In this document: one piece after another, positions 1 through 12,538 of the stretch | Position numbering within the stretch: the first letter of the stretch is position 1 | Layout of the letters: every line of letters starts with the position of its first letter | Assembly: GCA_964036045.1 (NCBI GenBank) | Contig: OZ038378.1 | Span: 30,442,001 to 30,506,000, forward strand | DNA: 64,000 bases | DNA from: Eutreptiella sp. 'Long Island Sound 2002' | Taxonomy: Eukaryota > Protista > Euglenida | Reading direction: 5' to 3' | The notes under the pieces: generated by a model | The model's input: the letters and a program-made list of their open reading frames with translations, nothing else | Told to the model about the DNA's origin: nothing | Databases searched by the model: none | Position numbers and translations under genes: made by a program

Positions 1-600
1 GGGCTCAAAACAGGCTAAAAACACTTGTTTGAGCATCCCAAATGGTCCAAGATCAGTTTTGGAAAAATGTGTTTTTGACCCATTTTTGACCCATCTTTGG
101 AGGAGTATCTGCGCCGCGCGCTACTTTTCCAACGTGTTTACCCGTAAGGGGCTGGCTTTGACACACCTCCCTTAAATGCCCCTTAAGGAGAGATAACCCG
201 TGGGTACCACACGCTGAGCTTCGAGGGCGGGATCTTCAAAGAGCAACAAACGACATTTGTATAGCGCCTCGTCTTGCACGATTTGGCGCTCAACGGATGG
301 AAGGTTTGATGGAACAACTTGATGCAGTAATTAAACTCAACAGTATCACGGACTAGGCTTAAAACCCTTAGACAAAGGGCCCCGGGGGTAGAAGCTGCAG
401 CTGCTTGGTCAGGCCAGATGGCTAAATCTTTATGCCACGTCAAGTGCTCCCCCTTTGTTCCCAAAACGGCCCATTTTCAAGGCATTTTGTGATTTTCCAT
501 GGGCCAAAACGCATCACCACGAGCTCAAAACAGGCCCAAAAGACTTGTTTGAGCATCCCAAGTGGTCTAGGAACAACTTTGTAAAAAATCATTTTGTTCG
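1..600. repeat. Direct repeat of ~80 bp (1-80 and 521-600) from an AT-richer repeat family
   Basis: GCTCAAAACAGGC..ACTTGTTTGAGCATCCCAA(A/G)TGGTC occurs twice. A ~340-bp unrelated segment (~100-440) lies between the copies. Confidence 0.7.
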
Positions 601-1329
601 CCCCGGGGACCCTGGTGGACCCACCGTTGGCCCCCATCGTGCGCGGCCCGTGCGCGGCCCGGGCAGCCCTCTAGCTCCACCGGGTGACCACTGGTACAGG
701 GGTGTTGGTGTCTCGTTGGGCGATTCTAAGCCTTGGGAACCACAAAAAGTGGGCGGTTGCGGGTGGACTGGGTGCCCTTAGATTTCAGATTTGAGCCACG
801 TAGCCCAAGATATAGCCCGTTCTTGCTTTTGGGGCTAATTGACACAAACTGCGCACATTAGGGGCTATTTTTAGCCATCTTTGGGTTCGGACATATCGTG
901 GCGTTAGAGGGCAACAAAGGGCTGTTTGTGACAAGGAAGTCAAGGCACATGTGCAATGTACGAACCGTTTCCCTTCGTTTTTCGTTTTGACTGGGGTTGG
1001 GGCCGTTTTGGGCCAAAAAAAGCTGTTTTGGGGCAGAAAAAGTGCAATTTTGGGAGGGCACCTGCTGACTTGGCACCCCCGCCACAGGCCATCACCGGTG
1101 AGTTTTTGGCTCAAAACTTGGATTTGGCAAGGGCACCACCTAGGCCCTAGGATGGCTAGAGTAGAGTAGAGCCCATAGAGTTGAGAGGGAAAGGAGAAGT
1201 GCTTATTGTTGTTGCTTGTTGTTGGCTGGATTTGAGGGCAGAAGGGTGTAGTAATAAATATATTGTCATAGCATCTCAGAAGGCATCCTCATCCCATCAC
1301 TTGTGATACCTCCCCCCGAACTCTCTAGG

Positions 1330-2040
1330 AACCATGCCGCGGAACCATGGGGTGGTTCTTGGACTGTGTTTTCAAGCCAAAAAGTGCCGTGGAAGCGGGG
1401 GCTGGTTCTTGCGTATTGCGATGATCACCTTTGCACAGTGGGGAAATGGCCCAGGGCAAGGGACCGCGAAGAGAGACAACCCAATTTTTTGAAATTTTTC
1501 ACGTGCCACGAAATGGCCCAAACAACGGCAATTTTGGGGCTTTCGGGGGCCCATGGCTCGCTACATGGGCCTAGCAGCCAAACCAAATGATTAGCCAAAC
1601 CCATCCCAGGGGCGACAAAGCAGTTTGGAAAAAGTGGAACTTTGAAAATTTTTGTTGCCTTCGGCAAAGAACCTCGAAGAGAGACGAAGAATCCCACGTT
1701 ACATGGGCACATCAGCCACTATGTGGGTTCTCACTAGTCCTGAAAACCCTGTATTGTCACCAAATGATCACCCAAACCCATCCTAGGGGCGACAAAAGGG
1801 CTTTCAAGCGCCATCAATTAGCCTAAACAACGGCAATTGTGGGGCTTTCGGGGCGCCCATGGCCCAAGCTACATGGGCCTAGCGACCACTACCTGGGTCC
1901 CTATGGGTGCTTAGGTACCCATATTGTCACCAAATGAGCCAAACCCATCCCAAGGGCGACAGAAGGGTTTCTAGAAAATGTCCATTTTTCAATAATTTTC
2001 AGGTGCCACTAAGTAGCCTAAAAAGCGGCTTCTGGGTATG
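1330..2040. repeat. Degenerate satellite-like array
   Basis: Recurrent CTACATGGGCCTAGC, CCAAACCCATCC(C/T)A(G/A)GGGCGACA and GGGGCTTTCGGGG blocks. Confidence 0.7.
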
Positions 2041-2159
2041 ACCCCCTTTACCGTCCGTAGGCCTATGTACAGAGGTAGAGGGGCAGGGAGAGGGGGCCAA
2101 TCAGGGCCGAGCACCCCCTCTCCCCATACACACACCCCACCTATTGAGTACAGTGGCTT

Positions 2160-4660
2160 AGCGGGACGAGCTAGTTGAGACTAGGTCTCTTCCGTGCCCA
2201 CCCTCCCATGCAGCCAACCTGGCCGTCCTCCACATGGCATTGTCCTCCCCGAGGGGGAGGACCGGGTCACGCCAAAGGCCAACAAACCAACCTGCCGCCT
2301 GGGTGCCTTGCGAGCCGCGGCGGAGCTAGTGCCACCACCGCGGCGGAGCTAGTGCCACCACCGACAAGGAAGAGGACGAAGAGGGTGATGCCGCTCACGG
2401 GGAGAGGGGGTGCTGTGGGTCACCAAAGTGGGGGGACACCGTGCGAGTGGCTCGTGGACAGCGCCCGCGAGATGCTTGAAAAGACCCCCGGCAAGGATGA
2501 GTTTGCTACCCTTACTTCCTGGGGGAGGGTTGACCCTGAGCCCGTTGGTGGTGGGGAGGGGGGGTTGCACTCGGCAGCGGTACCGCCGCTGCGACCGTCC
2601 CGGGGGGGGGGGGGGTTGCCAGCGAGGCAGCGAACCCAAGGGGGGGTAGGGCGATGTGCCGCCGTCGACTGTGGGGCAGGGGAGGATCATTGTGGGGGGA
2701 ACCCTGCCCCGCTGGTAGGGCGGGCCGCTCGTGTACATCCCTCACGTTTGTACGCACCCGTCGTCCAGGCGGTTGGTTATCGCGTGCGGGTGGCCCCGGT
2801 GGCCATTTCCCTTGCAGCCGAGGCACCAAGGTGCGCCGCCGCGTGAGGGGCCGCACCGGAGGGGGTAGGGCCTCGGACGGTAGGCGTGAAGGGCCCAACC
2901 ACACCAAGAGGGCTTGCGCCCCCTCTTGCCGTTTGTGCGGCACCAAGACGCCCTATCCCAGGCCCCGATGCGGTTGGACGGGGGCCGCCTCATTGTTGCT
3001 ATGCCGCGGCGCTCATGGCCCATGTGGCTGGCGCGGAAACACCGACTAATGCCACACGGCATGCGCGAGCAGGGCGGCACCCTGTACTCCTGGCAACGGG
3101 CCCCCACTGTGCCTTGGCCCTGCCCAATGTCTCGGTGCACCTGCAGCGATGCCACAGGCACCCACTGCACTGGGGATCGGTGCGTGCACTATGCATACGG
3201 CGGCAACGCCTGCCCCCCTCCAGGCGGGCGGGGGAAATAGCCCATAAACCCCCCCGCCCCCGCCGGCCGGAGCTCGGCTGGGCCATACGGCCGCTTCAGC
3301 CACACGTCCTATCAAGTCCTGGCAATGTGTCGCCAAGTGCGGCGGCTACAACACCATCTCTTCCCGGCCTGCGAAGTAGGGGCGTGCCCATAGCCCCTCA
3401 AAGAGGCACCCACCCAGCGGAAGAAGGGAGCGGTACGGCTCAATGGGCGCTCCCCGCAGTAGTTGGCCTACCGCTATTGGCCGCTATACTAGCAGTGCCG
3501 CGTGACGTAGCACCTAGGCTTGCTCACCCAGCACAAGGCGTGTCCCCCGCAATTTGTGGTACGGGAACACGGGGAGCGCCCGGCCCATGAAGGCTTCATA
3601 TTCTAGCGCCAGCTCGGCCAAAGACACGTCACTTGGGCCTTTCGGCCACGTAGGCGCTCTGGCCCATCGGACCAAGTCGTGAGCAAAGCCTCGCTCCCAC
3701 TCCGGCATGCACAGTGGGGGCTTCCGTGGCAAGCGCAACAAGGGGCCATAGAGGTCGGCCCTATGGTACCGTCCACGCTCCCCCGGTTGCGGTGCACGTG
3801 GGAAGAGCGCGCAAACTGAGGCATCCAGCTCTTCCCTACAGGCGCTCGGCCAATACATCGAGGTACATGCCGTACAAGCACTCAAGGAAAATGTCCATCA
3901 GGGCCGTGTCTTGGCCCTCCGAGAGGCGGGCGGGTAAAAGTCCTGCCCGCCGGAGACATGCCGGACAATGCTTGGGGGGGAGGGGGAAGTTGGGGCATGG
4001 CCGCGGCTCCGGTGAACAACCACGGGGTCGAGCTCTCCCGTATCCCGTGCCATAGCCGGCTGTCCTAGAGGATGCGCGCCTCATCCTCATGGGCCGCGCC
4101 ACAAAACAGGGAGGCCAAGGCCATCCGCCACCCGCGCCTGCACACCCGCACAGAGATACATAGCGGCCTGGATAGTAGCCCTTGAGGGAGTGAGGCCTCC
4201 GTCTTGGTGGAGGCCACCCGAAGCGCCGCATGGCAAGCCACGCCGTCTACGCTGTCTCCCAAGCCCCCAAAAGTTCGCCGCACAGAGCGCTTCTAGTTGA
4301 CACGTTGCGTGGAAACGAAGTACCTCCCACACGCGGTGCTAGATGGCCCGCATGGGTTCCTGCACCATGTGGGGGGGGCACACGGAGCGTGCCGGCACCA
4401 CCAACCATCCCGGGGGTACCAACTCAAAAGGCGGGGCATGTGAGGGCCCGGCCCACTAGGCCATCTGCCGGGGGCTGGGGCCCGCATTCCTAGATCGCTA
4501 GATCACGCCTGGGTAGTGTGCCACCCATGCCAGCCAGCGAAATGATGTGCTCGTAGCACACATGCATCACCGGGGATATCTGCTGGCCTGGCGCCGGGAC
4601 CGAGTATGATCTCCTTGGCCTAGGAAAGCCGGGTGGCCCCCCACACAAACTGAAGGCGTG
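2160..4660 (-). mobile_element. Probable 3' fragment of a non-LTR retrotransposon (degenerate)
   Basis: GC-rich frameshifted minus-strand coding-like sequence with Cys/His clusters (CLGCKGNGHRGH; VCYEH) and SLAELALEYEAFMGRALP, which resembles LINE ORF2 C-termini. No RT core was seen. Confidence 0.4.
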
Positions 4661-5330
4661 ATCATTTCGTGACAATATGGATACCTAAGCACCGATGGGG
4701 ACCAATGTAGTGCCTGCTAGGCCCATGTAGCCTCAGCCATGGGCCCCCCCGAAGGCCCCACAATTGCTGTTGGTTAGCCTTCCACCGCCGGGTACCGGCG
4801 GTCAACACCGTGGAGACCACCAGGGGCAACATAAGGGTTTGAAAAATTGTCTATTTTTCTAAAAAAAAAATTCAAGTGCCACGAAATCGCCCAAACAACG
4901 GCACCTTTGGGGCCCTTGCGGGGTTCATGGCCCAAACTACATGGGCCTAGCGGCCATAAAATGCGCCCCTATGGGTGCTTAAATACCTTTTGTGCCATCA
5001 AATGATCACCCAAACCCATCCCAAGGACAACAGAGGGGTTTGGGAAAAATGTGAATTTTTGAACATTTTCAGGTGCCACTAAGTAGCCTCGACAACTACA
5101 ATTTTGGGGCTTTTGGGGGGCCAAGGTACACGGGCCTTGTGGCCACCACATGGGTTCCTTTAGGTGCTTAAGAAGCTGTATTGTCACCAAATGACCACCC
5201 AAACCCATCACACGGGCAACCGAAGCGTTTCAGAAGGGTTCCATTTTTCGAAAATTTTCAAGTGCCACTGAATAGCCTGAACAACGGCAATTTGGGAAAT
5301 CTCCTTTTGGTGCCCGTTGGCCCATGTATA
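4660..5330. repeat. Same satellite family as 1330-2040; first copy (4662-4780) inverted
   Basis: The reverse complement of 4662-4780 aligns with 1820-1940. Copies from ~4870 onward are in direct orientation. Confidence 0.7.
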
Positions 5331-5389
5331 GAGGTTGGGGGCGGGAAGGTCCGCCGACGCCAGCTTTGGGTCCCTGCCTTCTTGGCACG

Positions 5390-7890
5390 CCCCTCGTCCA
5401 TCTTGTGCAGCGGCCGAGAGGGACGAGCTAGTTGGGCCCAAGTTGGCTCTAGAGAACCATGTGGAACGCCAAGCGAACATGCACATGCTTGCAAAAATTT
5501 CCCACCAGGTTTTGCACAGCGACTCCCAACTTTTGTCTGCTACTTGATGAGATCCTATTGCCAGGGGATGCGCCTTCCCCTTGCCTTGCCTTGAATGCCG
5601 AAGCCTTCTCCGCAGGAATTCGGTTGACCTCCTCTTCTCTATTTGCAAGGAGTTGCGTGCTGCCGCCACCACCATTGCTGTTGCCATGGTAGCGATCCCC
5701 ACTGTGTGAGGGGGCCATCCTGAGACCCAAAACGCTACTCAGGCATCCTAGCGAGCCATCTTGTTGTCGCGCGTGCCGTCCCTAGCACAACACCGGGGCC
5801 AACAAGTAAGGCCCCATTGGCAATGGAAGAGAGGGCCAATGCCTCCTGGTCAGTTCCCGTGTAGCACCCCTCATCAGCCTATGAGTCCTCCCCCGACATA
5901 GACATGGTGATTGCGGCTCAGCTTGGTCCACCTCGCCACATGCACGCGAGCAATCCCAGAAAAGAGGCCGAATCAAATGGCAATATTGGGGGCTTTGGGG
6001 GGGGGTGTTCCATGCTCACTTGCCGTGCTGGCCATGAGGTACTGGTCGTCGTCACATGGGCGAGCTGTTGTCGCGCCTAAAGACTTCCAGCAGTGTGGAG
6101 GCTGCTCATGGGGGATGCTTTGGTGCTCCCCGAGGCCACATGGTAGAGGTGCCCGGCAGAAAAATGGCAGGCAACGCGGGTGCTGCCAAGTTGGACGAGC
6201 CCGACCCCCGAGGGGGGAGGGGGCAGGGGCGGCACATGTGCTTCGCCGGGCATCACCTACGATCCCCCATTCTAGGTGAGGCCTCCCCACGAGTTGTGTG
6301 GGCTCTTGCCTCGGTATGTGCAATGGTACCATACCATACCGTGCAATGGTGTGTTGCCACCCCGCTTGCAACCGGTGTATGCCCGGGCTGTCAATGGGCT
6401 CGGACTTTGTGGTGGGCCTTGTGTGCTAGGCCAATGTGCCGGCGTGGTCTCCCTGCCTGGGTGACGTCTTGTAGGCAAAACTCGCCCTCCAATACAAGGC
6501 TTTTGTTCGACGGGCGTTCTCAGCGTCCTGGGATCACCAACTCCATAGGACACGACTCCCGTTGGGGGAACGGGCGCACGTCCTGCGCAAGCCAGCCGGT
6601 ATGGTGGAAAAGCACCTCGCCGCAGGTTGGCTCCTCCGTATAAAGCCGGTGGGTCGCTGCCGCTCTTTGCTGTGACTCGGGGGTCGCCTATGTGCAGGGA
6701 TGTATGTGCGCCCCTACTTTGCGGCACGCCTTGATATGGCTCTGCTGCCGCCATAGCAGCCTGCCCATTGCCACGAGGCATGGGTCCGGCCATTGCTAGT
6801 GTGGGTGCAATTGCGGCAATCAGGTACCGAGTACCCTTTCCTCTTTCACTACTGTGTGCTAGGGTCCCGGCTCCCGCTGCCGCCAGAGGCGAAGTTCTAG
6901 CTTGCGCTAAAGTGATCGTGCCCTTGAGGAGCGGCCTCTGCGAGAACTCCAAGTGCCACAGATACATTCCATACGCCTACTTGGCGGGAGGGCAAGCCGG
7001 TGGCCAAGCTTGCGCCTGCTGCACATGTGCATGGGATGGGGCCCCCAAATTCTGATCTAGTTTTCTTGTGCCTTCGCAATCCAGCCCGGGAGATACACTC
7101 TTCCCACACAACTTGTGACCCCAGTCGCGGCTGGCGCCGTTGCATCCAAGGTGCAAGAGTCCCTTGCCCCCAAAGGTATGCTCCTCCTTGGCCAGCGGGC
7201 TCTTGGCGTAAGCAATGGGGCACTACTCCTTGCGATGGGCACCCTCAGTTGGGTGTGTTCAGTCAGGGTGGGCGAGACGGCCTCCATAGGGGTCGGGGAC
7301 CTTGTCACCACAGATTCCTCGGGTTGTGGAACTCCACGACTTGGGAAGAGGGTTGGACATTGTGCCCTTACCAAATGAAGGCTTCGGACCTATTGGCCAT
7401 GATGGTACTTCCGTCCCTCGACAAGGGGCGGCGCCCTGGCTGAGAAGGAGCCCAGGTGGGCCTCCCGTCAGTCTGGGCAACGGCTATGTACCCCAAAGTG
7501 GCCAAGGCTACTCAGCTTGTCCGGTCTGCGATGCGGGGGGGGAGATAGTGTATTGTAGCCATTGTAGTTCCTCGACGGCGTGCACGGCCCATATGATGCC
7601 ACCCAGGGCCGGTGCCATGGTCCCGGAGACCACATACTCCACCAGTAGGCCATTCAGTGCGCCTACAGTACCCAAGGTCGCTCTCTACATGACAGCCGCA
7701 AGCGCCCAAAGCCTTGACCCACAATGGGACTTGGTGCGGGGGTGCCTAGAGAGCATGGCACATTGCCGTGGGGTTGCCGGCTCGTCGACTTGCGACTCTC
7801 ACATCCAACGGGAAGCGATGTGGGCCAGTGTGGTGGCGACAATGAGGGTACCGACCCCTGCCCTAGATGGCACGCAGCTAGGCTGATCTT
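5390..7890 (+). mobile_element. Degenerate retroelement-like relic with a PHD-like finger
   Basis: GC-rich broken ORFs. ORF 7302-7886 contains CPVCDAGGEIVYCSHCSSSTACTAHMMPP, resembling the PHD pattern CxxCxxGGxLxxCxxC. No convincing RT motif was recovered. Confidence 0.35.
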
Positions 7891-7929
7891 GTCACGACCA
7901 GTGCGGGCAATAGAAGTGCCAATGCCGCG

Positions 7930-8509
7930 CGGGCATGGGGGCCCCTTGCTAGACGCACCGCTATCAGTTCCCGTTAGGGGGGGTATGATGTTATTCCGTT
8001 TTATTGATGATGGCTTGGTGTTACAAGATCAGCAAGAGAATTCTTGGCAAAGATGCTTGCCCCATACCCGGCGCACTTACAGGTGGGAGTGGCATGCTTC
8101 AATCGTGAGTGCGACATTCTATTCATGGACTCATTGATTGCGATGTTGCAACGATTGAAAACAAGTGTATATTTCAAACCAAACCACAGCTGTGTGTATG
8201 TTCCTTGGAATTCTAAGATTCCACAACACGTTAAAAATGGGACGGATTGAGCTAAAATGCATTAGGGTTTTGAGATTTTGTTCAGGTGAGGAGTTATTTT
8301 CGATGTGGTGGCGGCGGTTGAAAAGTGAACTCGTGCGCTTTCGCTACCCCAAGCACACATATCGAACACCACCATGCCTATGGGCACATAGAGCACAATA
8401 TTTCAAGCCCAACGTGTGCAATACAAATGTTGTGCTCGTAGAGACCTACATTGATGAAAGCAAAATTTTAAAATTTTGCCGAAAAATTAATACGGTAGCC
8501 TCAAATTGA
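7930..8509 (+). pseudogene. Penelope-like element (PLE) reverse transcriptase C-terminal fragment
   Basis: Across frameshifts: LFRFIDDGLVL (catalytic DD), ILFMDSLI..LKTSVYFKPNHSCVYVPWNSKIPQHVKNG and CIRVLRFCSGEELF..LKSELVRFRYPKH. These match the PLE motif order RYVDD, LPFLD, TxVYRKPT..SxHP, RICS..RGYP. Confidence 0.65.
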
Positions 8510-8689
8510 TGCTTTTCAAATGGGGCTCAGCAGGTTCCTAGTGAAACTTACTACCACCATGCGGTGCCTCGTGGGCTTAGGTGTCATTTCACCCGGCGGT
8601 TGGTTGGGTGGCTCTACGGATGTGAATTTTTAGAAATATTAACATGGCCATCGGCTTTAGTTTTTGACTTCGGCTTTTGGATATTTTGG

Positions 8690-9850
8690 ATATTTGGGCC
8701 ATCAATTAAAAATTAAGGTACCACCGACGGTAATATTAACCTTACAAAAAGTAGCCTTTCCCTGCCGAAATTAACCCTCCCTCGAAAAAGAAAAACACAT
8801 AAAACATACCAATTGAGTGTTTCTGTTTGTCGTGTAGGGCCATCGTGGACCATGGGTTCCTTAGCCGGACCCTCATACCTCTATTGACCCGGGGTGCAAC
8901 ATCTTTGGGGCTTTGGCTGTGGGGTGAGTGCGATTAGGGAGTTGGTGGGGGTTGAGGTTAGTTGTGGGGTTAGTTGGGGGGTTACTATGTGGGTTAGTGG
9001 GGGCTTGGGAGTTTTGGGGCTTGGGACCCCACACACCGATCCCCTCCAACACACATCCTTCTTTCCCCCTTCCTCTGTCTTGTGCTTGCCCCGGTACTTA
9101 AGGGTAGGGAGGGTATTCTCTCTCTTTTTGCGCGTTTGCTTTAAATGTTGTTTTTTGTGGTTATCCTGTGCCTCTCACCATTTCTGTGGATGTCAGTGCA
9201 AGTATGCTTGTGCCGTGGTTGACGAGCCTAATGGGGAGGTGGGTCCAACTACCACCAACACACAGCTTCCCCATGCAAAATGAAGGTTAGGGGCCTCTTC
9301 CAATCGATGGTGACCCCTAGTGAGGGGCGCAATTGGATGTAGCGGGCCCAAGATTGTAGTGGCCAAGAGCGGCCACTCATAGGGGGGTTGGCAACGGACA
9401 CGGGCAACACCAACTCAAGGGGCTTGGCCATCTCCTTCCATGTGTGCATGAAATTGTCCCGAGTGGGGATGGGCTAGGGTTGCGGCCAGGTAGGTGCCTC
9501 CCCCACGGGTCATAAACTCTGACATATGCCAGAAGCCAGCCTTCCGGACATTCAAGTCCATGAGGAGCCTGAGTCGGGCGAGGAAAAAAGGAGGGAGGCA
9601 TATTGCCTCACCGCCTCTATTTGCTTGTTGCGGATGAAGGGGGGGGGGGGGGGGTGGCAATCTCGATGGCCTCAGACCATCGCGCACGAGCCAAATGGGA
9701 GGAAGCCACCCTCTCGCCAAGGAGTTGCAAGAGTCGAGAGTCGCGCAACCTTGTGGCATCACTCAAATGTGTACACGTCATGCTTAGCTTGAGAATCCTG
9801 GGAGTGGAGGGTGGGGTTTACCAGTTGATACCCAAAGCACAGTGAGGTTT
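8690..9850. mobile_element. Degenerate copy of the TIR element at 22907-54036, lacking the large insert
   Basis: 9205-9325 (+) matches the reverse complement of 53490-53620. 9325-9800 matches the reverse complement of 23200-23690, with the shared peptide MDLNV(R/P)K(A/G)GF(W/R)H(M/V)SEFMTR. The two halves are directly adjacent here. Confidence 0.6.
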
Positions 9851-10364
9851 GAAACAGGGTTCCAGTACTTTGCAATTTGTGTGCCCTGTGTGCAAAGGCA
9901 TCCTCAAGGAAGCTCTAATCCATTTTCAGAAAACACATTTGCAAACCAACTCTTGTCCCAAGGTTGTCCAATTTTGCAACTCGCTTTGGGATTTTAAGGG
10001 GCTCAAATCACAGCAAAACGCAACCAACAGTACTCCACATTTCCATACATATCGTGAATATAGCTTTTTGTCCCTACGCCGTCCACCACCTTGCTAGTGT
10101 TGCCGGAAGAGGGGGGGGGGGGTCATTTGAAACACCATTAGCGCCATCGGTGTTCTTGCCTACCCGGGGGGGGGTTAGAACGAAATTGATGACCTGATCA
10201 ATTGTGAAACTTTCTCCTACAAGAAGTTCGAGGTACCGCAATTTTGCCAACACACTCAATGGGGGGCTGGCCCTTCCTGTGATGCCCGAGGGGTATTGCA
10301 GGTGTAAATTGGTGGAAATGGACATGGGGTGCCATTAGAAAACATAATCACATGCAAAATTGCC

Positions 10365-10750
10365 TATTTGGGTGGTTGCTGCTAATTCTTGGTGGCATCC
10401 GGATGGTTGTTGTTAATTCCTTATTGCACCTGGGTAGGTATTGTTAATTCTTGGTGGCATTTGGGTGGTTGCTCTTAAATCTTGGTGGCATTCGGGTGGT
10501 TGCTGTTAATTCTTGGTGGCATCTAGATGGTTGCTATTAAATACAAGTGGCATATGGATGGTTGCTGTGAATTCTTGGTTGCATTTGGGTGGTTATTGCT
10601 GTTTCGTTGTGGCATTTGGGTGGTTATTCCCAGTGGCATCTGCATGGTTGCCATTAAAACTTGGTGGCATTTGGGTGGTCGTTGTTAAATCCAAGTGGCA
10701 TCTGGATGGTTGCTGTTAATTCCTGGTTGCATCCAAGTGGTTGCTGTTAC
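10365..10750. repeat. Degenerate ~30-bp tandem repeat
   Basis: Repeated TTCTTGGTGGCATTTGGGTGGTTGCTGTTAA-like unit. Confidence 0.8.
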
Positions 10751-10869
10751 TTCCACCTTGTATGCTTTACTGGGTCAAATGGCACCTTATGGCCCGTGGA
10801 GAAGTGACAAGAAACAACAGGACATGCTGACACACAAAAGAATAGCGAAGAGAACAATGAGACGGGAGG

Positions 10870-11190
10870 GTAGTGCATGAAGTGCAGTGGAGTGTAGTGC
10901 TGGACAGCCTTCATAGGATCCATGTGCAGATTATGACCAACGTGATTATCCTTGTAATTCATGAAATATGCATGCACAGGACGATCCACAAAATCAAATT
11001 GTTGAACTGTGGTGTCGTTTCCCCTTCACATGTTCTCAAAACCATGATAGATGACTCATTTGGGCCCATTATTAATGACGTACTACTCTGGGAAATCGTT
11101 AAGAACAAACACTCGTGTTGTACCACTTTTACCATTCCTTCCACAACCTGGTGCGAGGTACGACATGACCGGGTCGAGTCGGATTACTTC
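10870..11190 (-). pseudogene. Stop-interrupted coding-like fragment of unknown origin
   Basis: One frame reads EVIRLDPVMSYLAPGCGRNGKSGTTRVFVLNDFPE*YVINNGPK*VIYHGFENM*RGND..HAYFMNYKDNHVGHNLHMDP. The three stops (TAG, TGA, TGA) are each one base from TGG. Confidence 0.35.
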
Positions 11191-11497
11191 TGACCCCCCC
11201 CCCCCCCCGCTGCCCACCTTACCACACCGTTGTACGGGCTTGTTATTGTGCTTGGCAAAGTAGCGCTAGGTGTTGGGGGTAGGAGATGGGGGGTTGCACC
11301 ATCAAGGTGGAGTAGGCTTGCTGAATGATACTTGTAATTTTGTGCACTTGGTTGTGGTTTGTGGAGGTGCGCCTCCAGCATGCAATTACGCAAGGATGGG
11401 GGGTGATCAACCATTGGCCAACCCCAGCTGACCCCCCCCCCCTCACCCACCCATGACAATAAATTTTCTTCCGGAAAAAATGTAGTTTATCATACAC

Positions 11498-12538
11498 GGG
11501 GGGGGGGGGAACTTCGCGGCGGGAAATTTTCGCCATGGGATATTTCACAGCGGGTTTATTTGGCATGCAGTCCTGAATTTGCTGTGGGAAATTTCGCACC
11601 CACATGTGGGAAATTTCGCACCCACATGCTGTAAGCCGACCTTTGGTTGGTGGTGGTTGCTGTTACTTGCTGATGCATTGCAGTTGAGTCCCAGAGGGTT
11701 GTTGTTCCTTCCTAATGAGTTGCTGGTTGCTAGTTGTTGTTACTTCATGGTTGTTGTTGCTATTTCCTGGTGGTTGCTGGTGTTTTCTGATGCATTGCTG
11801 TCACCGTTCCATCCCTGCAAGGCACAATACTCTGCACTCAGACCATTGAACAAAGGCTGCAATAAACAGTTGAAGAACTGTTTTAGATGGCTGCAATTGA
11901 CAATTGCAGCTGAGAAAAAGCTGGTTGGGGTGCACAAAAACAGTTGAAGAACTGTTCAAACACTTCAAAAAAACGAAGCATGGCACAGAGAAAACTGCAC
12001 AGTGTATGCAAAAAATGGACGACTGTGCAAAAAAAGGAGATTCAGCGGCGAGAGGCTTCATACCCACAGGTGCATGTGTTTTACTGGGCCCATTGGAGGT
12101 CATGTGATGCTAACCGTGCCCCGTCTACGTTTGTGCACATCGTGGCCGACAATGCATGGCAAAGGCAAACTCAGTTCAGCACGCCATTGCTGGCAGTTGG
12201 CTATGGAAGAGAGTGCTGTCTATTATTCTCCATCCCTGCAAAGAATGCGGCAAGCTGCAGGCAAAGTTCGCAAGTGTACATTGCGTACAGCGATGAGAAA
12301 CGTACGATCACAAGATCCCCCATTACAGATTCTGACGGCAACAATTCTCTGTTTCAGTTCTTGTGGAAGGGCGAAACAGACTTATGCTCAGGCAACTGTT
12401 GGACAAGACATCTTGCTAAATTTCGCAGCGGGTTTATTTCGGACAGCGGCCTGAAAATTACGTGGGAAATTTCGCACAAATTTGAAACGCGAAAGATCCC
12501 ACGGTGAAAGGTTCCCGCCGCAAAATTTCCCCCCCCCA
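11498..12538. mobile_element. ~1-kb MITE/non-autonomous TIR element
   Basis: Left end G(n)AACTTCGCGGCGGGAAATTTTCGCCATGGGAT versus right-end reverse complement G(n)AAATTTTGCGGCGGGAACCTTTCACCGTGGGAT. Shared subterminal CAGCGGGTTTATTT and GTGGGAAATTTCGCAC. No TSD was found. Confidence 0.6.

Noticed and set aside
8439-8452. TAGAGACCTACATT as the left terminus of the 8.7-9.8 kb element copy
   Set aside because: It resembles the 22904 terminus, but similarity stops after ~13 nt, it lies inside the PLE frame, and I found no matching right terminus.
8950-9005. GGTTAG-containing stretch as an interstitial telomere
   Set aside because: Only scattered, irregular GGTTAG words; there is no tandem TTAGGG array.
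9849-9945. C2H2-like CPVCKGILKEALIHFQKTH
   Set aside because: Cys-His spacing is 9 rather than 12, it is a single isolated match, and it overlaps a repeat whose coding strand is the opposite one.
9926-10048. Minus-strand VWKCGVLLVAFCCDLSPL resembling kinase exon 3 (VWSCGVILY..LPF)
   Set aside because: No AG acceptor before the Val codon, the GxLPF motif is absent, a stop follows after 40 codons, and the frame runs into the repeat at 8690-9850.
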